Shown in pieces: positions 9,961-20,422 of a DNA stretch of 64,000 nucleotides (positions are counted from its first letter, which is position 1; every line of letters begins with the position of its first letter). The notes below the pieces were generated by a model, which worked only from the letters and a program-made list of their open reading frames with translations, was not told where the DNA came from and searched no databases. The position numbers and the translations under genes are program-made. The DNA lies in IMG/VR virus record IMGVR_UViG_3300020196_000003, one strand, 5' to 3'. The DNA comes from a virus.

Positions 9961-10581
9961 ATGAACTCAGAAGCAGAATTACTACAGAAATTAATGATCT
10001 CAAAAAAGATCATGGAAAAACATCAAAATATCGAAAGAAATCAGGCGAGAAATATATCATCAGGATCAGGTTTGTCGGCACCAATTGTTGAAGACTACAA
10101 CGCTCCTTTGGCAAAATATAATATTCCATCCGACATATTGGAAGAGGCAAAACCTGTTGTACAACAGACACCCTCTAACATTTCGGTAGAACAACGAATT
10201 GCTAGCTCTAAACTCCCTGACGAAATCAAACGGTTGATGATGGAACACCCAATACAACAACCAACAATGGGAACTGCGACAGGAGCGGTATTGAGTGATG
10301 ATTTAGTTGAAAGAGCTAGTAGATTGATGAATACTAACACAAAAAATAATGTCTCTGAATCAGAAACTAAAAGACATGTTCAAACACAACAACATCCAAT
10401 ACAATCTACTTTGAGCGGAAAACAGATAAAAGATATTGTTAGAGGAACTGTTGAGGATGTTTTGAAGGAAAATGGACTGTTAATTGAATCTGAAATAAGA
10501 TCAAACGAAATATTTAAGTTTAGAGTTGGCGAACATTTATTCGAAGGTAAAGTTACCAAAATTAAAAAAATTGCAAAATAA
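9961..10581 (+). CDS. Hypothetical phage protein
   Basis: 206-aa ORF ending the operon before a terminator. Confidence 0.7.
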   Translation: MNSEAELLQKLMISKKIMEKHQNIERNQARNISSGSGLSAPIVEDYNAPLAKYNIPSDILEEAKPVVQQTPSNISVEQRIASSKLPDEIKRLMMEHPIQQPTMGTATGAVLSDDLVERASRLMNTNTKNNVSESETKRHVQTQQHPIQSTLSGKQIKDIVRGTVEDVLKENGLLIESEIRSNEIFKFRVGEHLFEGKVTKIKKIAK

Positions 10582-10604
10582 AAAAACTTTTCAGGCGTCC
10601 ACTC

Positions 10605-10632
10605 AATCCACCCATTAAAGGTGGATTTTTTT
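10605..10632 (+). terminator. Rho-independent terminator
   Basis: AATCCACC-cattaaa-GGTGGATT followed by a T run. Confidence 0.8.
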
Positions 10633-10663
10633 ATTGAAAATTACGATGAAAAAAAATTTAGAA

Positions 10664-10692
10664 TTGATAAAACAAAAAAATATGGTTATAAT
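10664..10692 (+). promoter_or_regulatory. Sigma70-like promoter upstream of the glycan island
   Basis: TTGATA-N17-TATAAT. Confidence 0.5.
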
Positions 10693-10756
10693 TCATAAGT
10701 AAGACGGGAAATGACTATTAAAAAATATTTTTCCTTTATTAGAATTGAAACCAAAC

Positions 10757-11971
10757 ATGAAAGAAAAAATCAAAATTTTAGTACTACCTTCAGACGCATC
10801 AGGAGTAGGAAAATATCGGTCAGTCGACCCACACATTATGTTACAAAATTTATATCCTGACGATTTCCACGTCGATATAGATTTCACACCGAAAGTTAGT
10901 GATTTTAATTATTGGAAAAATTACCAAATTGTTCATTTTCATAGAAATTTTGGAACCTTAGAACAATGTCCAACAATTATCAAAGCCCTTAAAAGTATGG
11001 GGATTATTGTTATTGCCGACCTCGATGATTATTGGTTACCAACAAAAGAACACCCTATTCACAATTTAATTTTGGCAGACAAAATGAATTCAAAAATTAT
11101 CGAGAATCTTAAGGCTGCCGATTATGTAACAACCACAACTGAAATATTTGCAAATGAAATTAGAAAAATTAACAAAAATGTTATTGTTTTTCCAAACGCA
11201 ATTGACCCGAAAGAAGGACAGTTTAATAAACCAACATTACCTTCAGACAAAATAAGAGTTGGTTGGTTAGGCGGTTCTTCTCATTTACATGATCTTAAAT
11301 TATTAGATGGAATGGTTGGCAAACTATCAAGTCAACAGGATAAATTACAATTTTATTTGTGTGGATTCGATATACGAGGTTCCGTAACCGAAATTAATAA
11401 AGACACTGGAGAAAAAAAACAAAGACCTATTAAACCTGAAGAAACTGTTTGGGCAAGGTATGAAGAGATTTTTACAAATAATTATAAAATTGTTTCTCCT
11501 GAATATAAATTATTTTTGAATCAATATAAGGAAGAAGATTTTCCTAACCTTTACAATGAAAATTATGTTCGTGTTTGGACTAGACCAACTGACTCATACG
11601 CAAAAAATTATTCAAAATTTGACATCTCATTAGCACCAATTAAAAACCACATATTTAATAGAATGAAATCCCAACTCAAAGTTATTGAAGCGGGATTTTA
11701 CAAAAAAACCATAATTGCATCAAATCTTGGACCGTACACAATTGATTTGAAACACGCCCTAAAAAATGGTCAATTTACGGATGGAAATGCACTTTTAGTC
11801 GATGAAGTAAGAAATCATAGTGATTGGGTCAAAAATATTAAAAAATTAGTTGATAATCCAAATATGATTGTAGATCTTGGCGAAAAATTATATGAAACCG
11901 TTAAAGACAAATATGACTTAAACTTTGTGACTCATCGAAGATCCGAATTTTACAAATCCTTAATTAAATAA
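10757..11971 (+). CDS. GT-B (GT4-like) glycosyltransferase
   Basis: GVGKYR, DLDDYW, VGWLGGSSH, DISLAP...FNRMKSQLKVIEAG motifs. Confidence 0.8.
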   Translation: MKEKIKILVLPSDASGVGKYRSVDPHIMLQNLYPDDFHVDIDFTPKVSDFNYWKNYQIVHFHRNFGTLEQCPTIIKALKSMGIIVIADLDDYWLPTKEHPIHNLILADKMNSKIIENLKAADYVTTTTEIFANEIRKINKNVIVFPNAIDPKEGQFNKPTLPSDKIRVGWLGGSSHLHDLKLLDGMVGKLSSQQDKLQFYLCGFDIRGSVTEINKDTGEKKQRPIKPEETVWARYEEIFTNNYKIVSPEYKLFLNQYKEEDFPNLYNENYVRVWTRPTDSYAKNYSKFDISLAPIKNHIFNRMKSQLKVIEAGFYKKTIIASNLGPYTIDLKHALKNGQFTDGNALLVDEVRNHSDWVKNIKKLVDNPNMIVDLGEKLYETVKDKYDLNFVTHRRSEFYKSLIK

Positions 11972-11973
11972 AA

Positions 11974-12699
11974 ATGATTAATATTCCAATAACAAAAATT
12001 TTATTTTTAGATATCGAAACCGTTGGTGGATGTGCTGATTACCAAACGTGTATCAATTTTAATCCCAAAGTTGCCGAACAATTTGATAAATACTTTGATT
12101 GGTTTTTGAAAAGATTTCCTGAAGATAAAGAATCGGGTAAAGAAAAAACAACTGAAGAACACATGGATATTGTTTTCAAAAAACGAGCGGCACTTGTTCC
12201 TGAGTTTGCAAAGATTGTTTGTGTATCCATGGCATTTGTTTTAGATAATGGAGAAACAAAAAGACAAACATTTTTAGGTGATGATGAACATAAACTACTT
12301 ACTGAAGTAAGAGACCTTTTGAACCGTTGTCATAAATTAGATTTTTATTTATGTGGACATAATTTAAAAAACTTTGATATTCCAATGTTAGCAAAACGAA
12401 TGATTGTAAATGGAATTATGCCATCTAAAATTCTACCGTCATACGATACTAAACCATGGGAGGTAAAAGCTATCGATACAAAAGAAATTTGGCAATACGG
12501 TGCATATACATCAATTGGATCTTTAGATTTAATGTGTGCTTGTTTAGACATCCCAACACCAAAAGATGGTGAGGTCAATGGTGGTATGGTACATGAGGCG
12601 TATTGGAGTCATAATAGATTAAAAGAAATCGCCGAATACTGTGAAAAAGATGTTAAAGTTTTGGTTGATACAATAATAAAATTAAAATCATTGAGATAA
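11974..12699 (+). CDS. 3'-5' exonuclease (DEDD, PolB-exonuclease-related)
   Basis: FLDIET, GHNLKNFDIP, YCEKDV. Confidence 0.85.
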   Translation: MINIPITKILFLDIETVGGCADYQTCINFNPKVAEQFDKYFDWFLKRFPEDKESGKEKTTEEHMDIVFKKRAALVPEFAKIVCVSMAFVLDNGETKRQTFLGDDEHKLLTEVRDLLNRCHKLDFYLCGHNLKNFDIPMLAKRMIVNGIMPSKILPSYDTKPWEVKAIDTKEIWQYGAYTSIGSLDLMCACLDIPTPKDGEVNGGMVHEAYWSHNRLKEIAEYCEKDVKVLVDTIIKLKSLR

Positions 12700-13313
12700 T
12701 GAGTAAAGAACTAAATAATAACGAAGAACAAGAAATAAACGCTCTTATAAAAATGTTAGAAGATCTAAATTCGAATGATAACGGAACTAGTGAGATTAAT
12801 TATAATTCCTTATTTGACACAATTGGTTTAGACTTTCAAGAATTAGAAGATGAAATTAAATCATATGTCCCGAAACTTGACGTAAGTTATAAAAAATCAA
12901 ATGAAAATACGATTGATCCAAAATATGTTTATGAGTCAGATTCTGGTTTTGATTTATATAGTGTTGAAGATAAGTGGATTCATCCTTTTGATAGGATCCT
13001 TATTCCTACGGGTCTTCATATTGATATACCTGATGGATACGAGATTCAAGTAAGATCTAAAAGTGGTTTAGCACTTAAACAGGGTTTAATGGTTTTGAAT
13101 TCACCAGGAACTGTAGATCAAGGATATTTAGGAGAAATACAAGTTATACTTTTCAATACCACAAATCAAAAAGTTAAAATCGAAAAAGGTCAAAAAATTG
13201 CTCAAGCGGTTTTATGTCCTGTGGTGTCGGGCAAATGGGTAAACCTAATTTCAAAAAATAAATTAGAAAATAAAGACCGAAATAATAATGGTTTTGGGTC
13301 AACTGGTTTATGA
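12699..13313 (+). CDS. dut: Trimeric dUTPase with N-terminal acidic extension
   Basis: SGFDL, RSKSGLA, GTVDQGYLGE, KIAQ, RNNNGFGSTG motifs. Confidence 0.92.
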   Translation: MSKELNNNEEQEINALIKMLEDLNSNDNGTSEINYNSLFDTIGLDFQELEDEIKSYVPKLDVSYKKSNENTIDPKYVYESDSGFDLYSVEDKWIHPFDRILIPTGLHIDIPDGYEIQVRSKSGLALKQGLMVLNSPGTVDQGYLGEIQVILFNTTNQKVKIEKGQKIAQAVLCPVVSGKWVNLISKNKLENKDRNNNGFGSTGL

Positions 13314-14689
13314 TTACAATAGGATTTAGTACAAAAACACCGAAACCAAATTTTATACAACAAATCAAAGAAACTTGTGGTATTGATGACGCCGAGATCA
13401 TAGAAAAAATAAATAATGGTGAAAAATCATTATCGGTTGTTTATAATGAAATATTAAATGAAAGTTCCAATAACATTGTTATATTATGCCATGACGACAT
13501 TATTTTTGAAAAAAAATATTGGGCAAAACGTGTGATTGAGCATTTCCAAAAAAGACCAGAGTATGGTATTTTGGGTGTTGCAGGTACAAGGTATTACCCT
13601 GAATCAGGTATGTGGTGGGAAGTATCATCTGAAATGATAGGTCAAGTTTATCACCAACACAACGGTAAAAAATGGTTATCAAAGTATAGCGAACCATTTG
13701 GTAATAAAGTTTTACAATCGGTTATTGTTGACGGTGTTTTCATGATGATACAAAAAGATAAAATATCCAAACAGTTCAATGAAAATGTTCAGGGATTCCA
13801 TTTTTACGATACTACGTTTACATTCGAAAATCATTTAGAGGGTGTTAAGGTTGGTGTAATATCTAATATTCCAATAACACACTTATCAATTGGTCAAACT
13901 AACCGACAGTGGGAAGAAAACAGAATTAAATTTATAGACACATTTAAATATAAATTACCTCAAATAATTGGTACTGATTTACCTACGTTTACACATGACT
14001 CAAAACAACCTTTAGTTTCTGTAATTATGCCGATCCATAATTACGGTAACATGTTTCAAAAATCATTAGAGTCAGTATTCAATTCGACTTATAAAAATAT
14101 TGAGTTAGTAATTGTGAATGATGGGTCTAACAACCAATATATTCTTAATAAACTTGAGAGTTTATCAAATCACCCAAACATTAAAATTATACATCAAAAA
14201 AATGCCGGTCCTTCTTCAGCAAGGAATACTGGTATTAAAAATTCTACTGGTGAGTATATTTTACCTTTAGATTCTGATGACATGATATCACCAGAATATA
14301 TCCAAACTTGTGTTAATTTAATTGAAAAAAATAATAAATTGAGTCCGGTGTATTGTGATACAAACCATGTTGGTCAAATGAACGGGGTTGAGAAGAGACC
14401 TGAATGGTCTAAAGAACGTTTAATACAAGGGCCATTCATTGTTAATTGTTCTATGTTTACTAAAGAAGCCTTCAGCAAATGTGGTGGTTATGACGAAAAT
14501 ATGAAAGGTTGGGAAGATTATGACTTATGGGTACGAATGATGAAATCAGGATATGTAGGTAAAAGAATACCAAAACCATTATTCACTTATTTTCATCACG
14601 AAAAGGATGGAACTGTATCTACCGAAGCTAATAAAAATAGTCAAGAACTTTATGACTATATTATGAAAAAAAATAATTTACAAAATTAA
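13310..14689 (+). CDS. Two-domain GT2 glycosyltransferase
   Basis: N-term CHDD...FHFYD; C-term VSVIMP...VNDGS...SARNTG...LDSDD...WEDYDLW. Confidence 0.85.
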   Translation: MITIGFSTKTPKPNFIQQIKETCGIDDAEIIEKINNGEKSLSVVYNEILNESSNNIVILCHDDIIFEKKYWAKRVIEHFQKRPEYGILGVAGTRYYPESGMWWEVSSEMIGQVYHQHNGKKWLSKYSEPFGNKVLQSVIVDGVFMMIQKDKISKQFNENVQGFHFYDTTFTFENHLEGVKVGVISNIPITHLSIGQTNRQWEENRIKFIDTFKYKLPQIIGTDLPTFTHDSKQPLVSVIMPIHNYGNMFQKSLESVFNSTYKNIELVIVNDGSNNQYILNKLESLSNHPNIKIIHQKNAGPSSARNTGIKNSTGEYILPLDSDDMISPEYIQTCVNLIEKNNKLSPVYCDTNHVGQMNGVEKRPEWSKERLIQGPFIVNCSMFTKEAFSKCGGYDENMKGWEDYDLWVRMMKSGYVGKRIPKPLFTYFHHEKDGTVSTEANKNSQELYDYIMKKNNLQN

Positions 14690-14695
14690 AATAAT

Positions 14696-15319
14696 ATGAC
14701 ACTTAACGATTTAACAGACTCAATTTACGTTATAAATCTGAAAGAAAGAACTGACAGAAAAGAACACATTTTAAATCAATTAGAAAAAATAGGATGCAAA
14801 GATTATATTTTATTTGAGGGTGTTAACGGTAAAAAAATTGAGAATCCCACAAAAATGCCTTCAGGTATGTTTGGTTTAATTAAGACTTATATAAACATGT
14901 ATAATGATTGGAAAAAAACACCTAAAGATAGTATTCTAATTATTGAGGATGATTGTATCTTCGTTGACGATTTTAATGAAAAATTAAAGGAGTATATGGA
15001 TCATGTTCCTGAAAACTGGGACATGTTGTATTTTGGGGCAAATCACAATTATCATGTCGGTGAAAAAACAGAAGTTGTTAATGAAAAATGTATCAAACTT
15101 AATAAGAGTTTTTCGGCACATTGTGTTATACTAAAATCTTATGTGTTTGAGGAATTGATGTTTGCACTACAAACATATTCAATTGAGAATGATGTAATGA
15201 TGGCAAACCTCCAAAGAAAATATAAGGCGTATTCAAGTGTTCCAGGTTTAACTTCACAAATTGTTAGTTTTTCTGATATACAAAATCAAGTAATGGATTA
15301 TAATTGGTTGATAAAATGA
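14696..15319 (+). CDS. GT25 glycosyltransferase
   Basis: YVINLKERTDR...LIIEDD...WDMLYFG. Confidence 0.85.
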   Translation: MTLNDLTDSIYVINLKERTDRKEHILNQLEKIGCKDYILFEGVNGKKIENPTKMPSGMFGLIKTYINMYNDWKKTPKDSILIIEDDCIFVDDFNEKLKEYMDHVPENWDMLYFGANHNYHVGEKTEVVNEKCIKLNKSFSAHCVILKSYVFEELMFALQTYSIENDVMMANLQRKYKAYSSVPGLTSQIVSFSDIQNQVMDYNWLIK

Positions 15320-16128
15320 TTGTAACTTCGTATTTGATGGGTGGGTTAGGAAATCAAATGTTCCAAATCGCCAAAGCAAAAACGGAAGGATTTAAAAATA
15401 ACATTGATGTAGTTTTTAGACCTATTTCATTTATTCCTATGGAGGGAAATCAACCAACAAAATATATGAATAACATTTTTAGGAATTTAAAATTTGATAA
15501 CATTACAGAACCACTAATAAGAATATCAGAACCATCTTGGTCGTATAATAAAATTGAACCGTTGTATCATACGTCCACTGAGTTTTTTGGTTACTTTCAA
15601 AGTAGTAAAAATTTTGGGGATTTTAAAAATCAAATTAAAAGTTTATTCCAACCAACTGAAGAGTTTATAAATAAAATAAAAAAATTATATCCTTTTGTTT
15701 TCAAAAATAACTCAATATCCATTCATGTTCGTAGGGGTGATTACTTAGGTGTTAGTGATATTTTACCTGTGGTTGATAAATCATATTTAAATGAGTGTCT
15801 TAGTCTAATTGATAAAAAAGGTTATATTTTTATATTCTCTAATGACAAAGATTGGGTCGAGAAGAATCTAAATTACCCCAATTCAACCATTGTTAATAAA
15901 TTAGATGATTATGAAGAATTATGGATGATGAGTTTATGTAATCATAATATTATGTCTAATTCTTCATTTTCTTGGTGGGGATCTTATCTTAATTTAAATC
16001 ACAATAAAAAAGTATTTGTACCATCAATTTGGTTTGGGCCTAGAGGGGAAAAACACTACCAAGATATATACGAAAATAAATGGATAAAAATAAATGTTAA
16101 ATATGAAAACGGAAAACTCATTGTCTAA
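15316..16128 (+). CDS. GT11 alpha-1,2-fucosyltransferase-like
   Basis: GGLGNQMFQ, GYFQS, SIHVRRGDY, NSSFSWWG. Confidence 0.9.
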   Translation: MIVTSYLMGGLGNQMFQIAKAKTEGFKNNIDVVFRPISFIPMEGNQPTKYMNNIFRNLKFDNITEPLIRISEPSWSYNKIEPLYHTSTEFFGYFQSSKNFGDFKNQIKSLFQPTEEFINKIKKLYPFVFKNNSISIHVRRGDYLGVSDILPVVDKSYLNECLSLIDKKGYIFIFSNDKDWVEKNLNYPNSTIVNKLDDYEELWMMSLCNHNIMSNSSFSWWGSYLNLNHNKKVFVPSIWFGPRGEKHYQDIYENKWIKINVKYENGKLIV

Positions 16129-16879
16129 TACATCAATCTCTGACGAAAACAACTTTAAAAACATATGTAAATTTGCATGTGAAGATAATTATATTTTTAA
16201 TAATTTTAAATCTAACCCTTCATTTAATCAGATATTAGAACACACAACATATGAACAAGGAGTTGGGTATATAAACGAAATAGAAAAATTAACAAAGATA
16301 GATATGTCGTTAATTGAAAAATTTAAAACTAACGATATACAAGGTAACCCAAAACAGTTTTGGTATAAAGAACCTTATGGTAATGTATCCCCATCAACAT
16401 TAAGGTATATTAAGGTTTTAAACGATTTAATCACATTATTCGGTAACCTTGACGATATGTCAATTGTGGAAATAGGTGTGGGTTACGGAGGACAATCAAA
16501 AATTATACAAGATCATTTTAATATAAAAGAATATAACTTTGTTGATTTACCTGAAGTTTTGGGACTCACAAAAAAATATTTAGATATGTACGATTACAAA
16601 AATCTTAATTTTTTAAATTTTAATAATCTACCAAATAAAAAATACGATTTGATAATATCAAATTATGCTATTACTGAGTGTAGTAAAGAAATGCAAGACA
16701 TTTACATCGAAAAGATAATTTATAATTCAAAGCATTGTTATATCACCGGAAACGATATTGGTGATCATTTTAATTTAAAAAATTACAATAAAGATGAGTG
16801 GGGTAAAAAAATACCTAACTCAATTTTTACAGAAGAAAAACCATTAACTCACCATAAAAACTATATATTATATTTTTAA
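16103..16879 (+). CDS. Putative sugar O-methyltransferase
   Basis: SPSTLRY, VEIGVGYGG, VDLP, LIISNYAITE (SAM-dependent fold). Confidence 0.7.
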   Translation: MKTENSLSNTSISDENNFKNICKFACEDNYIFNNFKSNPSFNQILEHTTYEQGVGYINEIEKLTKIDMSLIEKFKTNDIQGNPKQFWYKEPYGNVSPSTLRYIKVLNDLITLFGNLDDMSIVEIGVGYGGQSKIIQDHFNIKEYNFVDLPEVLGLTKKYLDMYDYKNLNFLNFNNLPNKKYDLIISNYAITECSKEMQDIYIEKIIYNSKHCYITGNDIGDHFNLKNYNKDEWGKKIPNSIFTEEKPLTHHKNYILYF

Positions 16880-16882
16880 ATT

Positions 16883-17677
16883 ATGGATATTTTTAATATG
16901 AAAAGTCAAATTTTTCTACACAATGGGTCATCAACTGTTAACCAAACACCGAAGTATTTTAAATGGGATTTTTTTAATGGTACAGGTGAGTATGATTTCT
17001 ATATCGATGGTGGGATTATTAATGGTATTAATAATAGATTAGACGGTAATAAAAAAGTTTTATGGACACTAGAATCACCGTACTTTAATAATGGGGTTTT
17101 TGATTATATAAAAAATAATTTAAAATTAGTTTTAGACGTTTTTGATTATATTTTCACATATAATGAGGAGTTATTATCGCTTAGTCAAAAGTTTTATTTT
17201 GTACCCGCAATGGGGTCATGGATAAAAGAGCCTATGATGTGTGATAAAAAAAAATTAGTATCAATGGTAACGTCAAATAAAACTTTTACAGAGCAACAAA
17301 AACTTAGGTTTGATTTCGCCAACAACCATAAAGATAAGATTGATGTGTATGGTAGAGGATTTAATGAAATACATAATAAAGAAGAAGGTTTATGTGATTA
17401 TATGTTTTCCGTTTGTATTGAGAACGCAACAATGGACACATATTTTACTGAAAAAATATTAGACTGTTTTGCAACCGGAACAATACCAATTTATAAAGGG
17501 TCTAAAAAAATAATTGATTATTTTGATAAAGATGGTATTCTTTTTTTAGATGAGATAAATATTAACGATTTAAGTGAAGATTTATATCTGTCAAAAATAG
17601 AGTCAGTTAAAAAAAATCTATATTTATGTAAAGAATTTATATTACCTGAAGATATTATATATAAAAAAATAAAATAA
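16883..17677 (+). CDS. GT10 alpha-1,3-fucosyltransferase-like
   Basis: YMFSVCIEN...YFTEKILDCFATGTIPIY GT10 signature. Confidence 0.8.
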   Translation: MDIFNMKSQIFLHNGSSTVNQTPKYFKWDFFNGTGEYDFYIDGGIINGINNRLDGNKKVLWTLESPYFNNGVFDYIKNNLKLVLDVFDYIFTYNEELLSLSQKFYFVPAMGSWIKEPMMCDKKKLVSMVTSNKTFTEQQKLRFDFANNHKDKIDVYGRGFNEIHNKEEGLCDYMFSVCIENATMDTYFTEKILDCFATGTIPIYKGSKKIIDYFDKDGILFLDEININDLSEDLYLSKIESVKKNLYLCKEFILPEDIIYKKIK

Positions 17678-17678
17678 A

Positions 17679-18368
17679 ATGAAAGTAGTTAGTTTTTCAC
17701 TTTTTGGTTCGGATCCACTATACACCATAGGTGCTGTTAAGAACTCTGAATTAATGTTTAAAATATTTCCGGAATGGAAAATGTGGGTTTACCATGACGA
17801 CACAGTACCAAATGAAATATTAGATAAATTAAAAAACAATAATGTTAAACTAATAAAATCCGAAAATAATGGGTTTTATAGGTCTATGTGGAGATTCTAC
17901 CCCTGTGGAAATAAATCTGTAGAATACTTTATATCTAGAGATGCTGACTCAAGGATTTCTCTAAGAGATAGGGCATCGGTATATGAATGGATAGATTCTG
18001 GAAAAGATTTTCATATAATTAGAGACCACCCAGTTGGTCATTCGTGGGTTATTAATGCGGGTATGTGGGGTTCTAAAGGTGGGTCGATAGATATAATACC
18101 CTTGATAGACCGATATAATAATAATCCCCACGAAAAGTTTATTGACCAAATATTTTTAAGGGATATCATTTACCCGATGACTAAAACATCTAGATTAGTG
18201 CACGATGAGTACTTTAATTATGAAGGGGATTGTCGTAAAATAATGAGAGATAGAAAAATAGATGACTTCGCATTTATTGGTGAATCTATAGACATTAACG
18301 ATCAATCAAGGTATACTACAAATCCAGGGGATCAAAGAAAAACAATAATAGAAAGATACACAAATTAA
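17679..18368 (+). CDS. Putative GT-A fold glycosyltransferase-like protein
   Basis: SFSLFG, MWRF, SRDADSR, RDHP, AGMWG, DQIFL; located in the glycan cluster. Confidence 0.5.
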   Translation: MKVVSFSLFGSDPLYTIGAVKNSELMFKIFPEWKMWVYHDDTVPNEILDKLKNNNVKLIKSENNGFYRSMWRFYPCGNKSVEYFISRDADSRISLRDRASVYEWIDSGKDFHIIRDHPVGHSWVINAGMWGSKGGSIDIIPLIDRYNNNPHEKFIDQIFLRDIIYPMTKTSRLVHDEYFNYEGDCRKIMRDRKIDDFAFIGESIDINDQSRYTTNPGDQRKTIIERYTN

Positions 18369-18373
18369 AGAAA

Positions 18374-19068
18374 ATGGATTTTACTTTTGGTATAGTGACT
18401 AATAAACATATAAGTGATTTGTTTGATGTGATACACTCAATAGACCAACAAAAAATCCCTAATTATGAAATTATAATAGTAGGTGGGGATATGGGGTCAT
18501 ATAACCATCCAAAAATTAAACATATACCGTTTAATGAATCTTCAAAAACAGGATGGATAACAAAAAAAAAAACTTAATAACTCAAAATTCTATTTTTGAA
18601 AACATAGTTTTTCTACATGATTATATCACATTTTCAGATGGCTGGTACAGTGGTCAGATATTATCAGGTAATTATTTTGACATAAGAATGGATATTATAT
18701 TAAATAAAGACGGTAGTAGATTCAGAGATTGGTGTCTATGGCCTCACAATCAAATAAATCACGGACAATCAACTGAAGACATAATTAAAAGTTCTGCACT
18801 ATTACCATATGAAATAAATAATTTAAATCAATTCCAATATATATCGGGAAGTTACTGGATTTCAAAAAAGAAAGTGATGGTAGAGTTTCCACTAAATGAG
18901 GATTTGACATGGGGAGAGGCGGAAGACGTGGAATGGTCTAAAAGAGTGAGGTTACATTATACATTTACCATGAATACTAAATCTATAGTACAATTTAAAA
19001 AACAAAAATCAGTGGTTTTTAACCTCACAACAAATGAAATAATAAAAAAATTAGATGAATTAGTATGA
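18374..19068 (+). pseudogene. GT2-like glycosyltransferase split by a frameshift in an A11 tract
   Basis: 18374..18577 (FTFGIVT...GWITKKK) continues in another frame as KNLIT...VFLHDY...EDVEWS. One extra A at 18562-18572 would restore a single ORF. Confidence 0.75.
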
Positions 19069-20420
19069 TAAAGTTAATAATATTTGATCTAGACGGTGTT
19101 TTAGTAGATGCTAAAATTATACATTTTAATTCTTTAAATGATGCGCTAGGACCTAATTACTCTATAGATTGGTCGGAACATTTAAGTAAATACGACGGAT
19201 TAAAAACTAACCAAAAATTAGAGATGTTAACAAAAGAAAAAGGATTACCAATTGAGGATTATGACAAGGTTTGGAATGAAAAACAAAGATTAACATTATT
19301 AAAGTTAGGGTTGTTGTCTCCGTCAATTGAGTTACAAAATTGTATGAAAAAATTATCGAATGATGGTTATAAAATCGCATGTTGTAGTAATAGTATTCGT
19401 AAGACCGTATTGACGGTACTATCTAAATTGGGGATTATCGAATATTTTGATTTAATTCTATCTAATGAAGATGTTAAAAATTCAAAACCTCATCCTGAAA
19501 TTTATTGGAAAGCCGTTTCTATGATGGGATATCTACCTGAAGAAACTTTAATTGTTGAGGATTCACCATATGGTTTATTGGCCGCTAGTAGATCTAAATC
19601 GAACATAATGAGGGTAAAGTCACCAAAGGAAGTTACCTACAATAATATAAATAAACACCTTGGAGAGACAAAAATGAACACAACACTTAAATGGAAAAAT
19701 GATAAATTAAATATTTTAATTCCAATGGCCGGCGCAGGTAGTAGATTTGAACAAGCAGGATACACCTTCCCAAAACCACTAATTGAGGTTAAAAATAAAC
19801 CTATGATCCAAGTAGTAGTTGAAAATTTAAATCTTGATGCGAATTATATATATGTGGTACAAAAATCACATAGAAAAAAATACAATTTAGACATATTATT
19901 AAATTTGATAACACCCAATTGTACTATTGTTGAAACTAAAGGATTAACTGATGGTGCAGCATGTACAGCACTATTAGCGAAAGAATTTATAAATAACGAG
20001 AATCCATTATTCTTTGCAAATTCAGATCAATTTGTTGAGTGGGATTCAAATGAGTTTATGTATAAAATGCAAGAGACTGACGCCGATGGTGGTATTGTCA
20101 CCTTCACCGCAACTCACCCAAAATGGTCTTTTGCTAAAGTTGATGAAAATGGTTTGGTAACTGAAGTGGCAGAAAAAAAACCAATATCTAACACTGCGAC
20201 TGTAGGATATTATTATTGGAAACATGGTTCGGATTTTGTTAAATATGCAGAACAAATGGTAAATAAAAATATAAGAGTAAATAAGGAATTTTATGTTTGT
20301 CCTGTTTTTAATGAAGCAATCAAAGACAATAAAAAAATTAGAACATTTAATATAGAAAAAATGTGGGGATTAGGGACACCTGAAGATTTAAAAAATTACT
20401 TAGAAAATTTTAAAAAATAA
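19065..20420 (+). CDS. HAD phosphatase fused to sugar-phosphate nucleotidyltransferase
   Basis: FDLDGVLVD...KPHPE...VEDS; then IPMAGAGSRF...PKPLI...GLGTPEDL. Confidence 0.85.
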   Translation: MIKLIIFDLDGVLVDAKIIHFNSLNDALGPNYSIDWSEHLSKYDGLKTNQKLEMLTKEKGLPIEDYDKVWNEKQRLTLLKLGLLSPSIELQNCMKKLSNDGYKIACCSNSIRKTVLTVLSKLGIIEYFDLILSNEDVKNSKPHPEIYWKAVSMMGYLPEETLIVEDSPYGLLAASRSKSNIMRVKSPKEVTYNNINKHLGETKMNTTLKWKNDKLNILIPMAGAGSRFEQAGYTFPKPLIEVKNKPMIQVVVENLNLDANYIYVVQKSHRKKYNLDILLNLITPNCTIVETKGLTDGAACTALLAKEFINNENPLFFANSDQFVEWDSNEFMYKMQETDADGGIVTFTATHPKWSFAKVDENGLVTEVAEKKPISNTATVGYYYWKHGSDFVKYAEQMVNKNIRVNKEFYVCPVFNEAIKDNKKIRTFNIEKMWGLGTPEDLKNYLENFKK

Positions 20421-20422
20421 AA

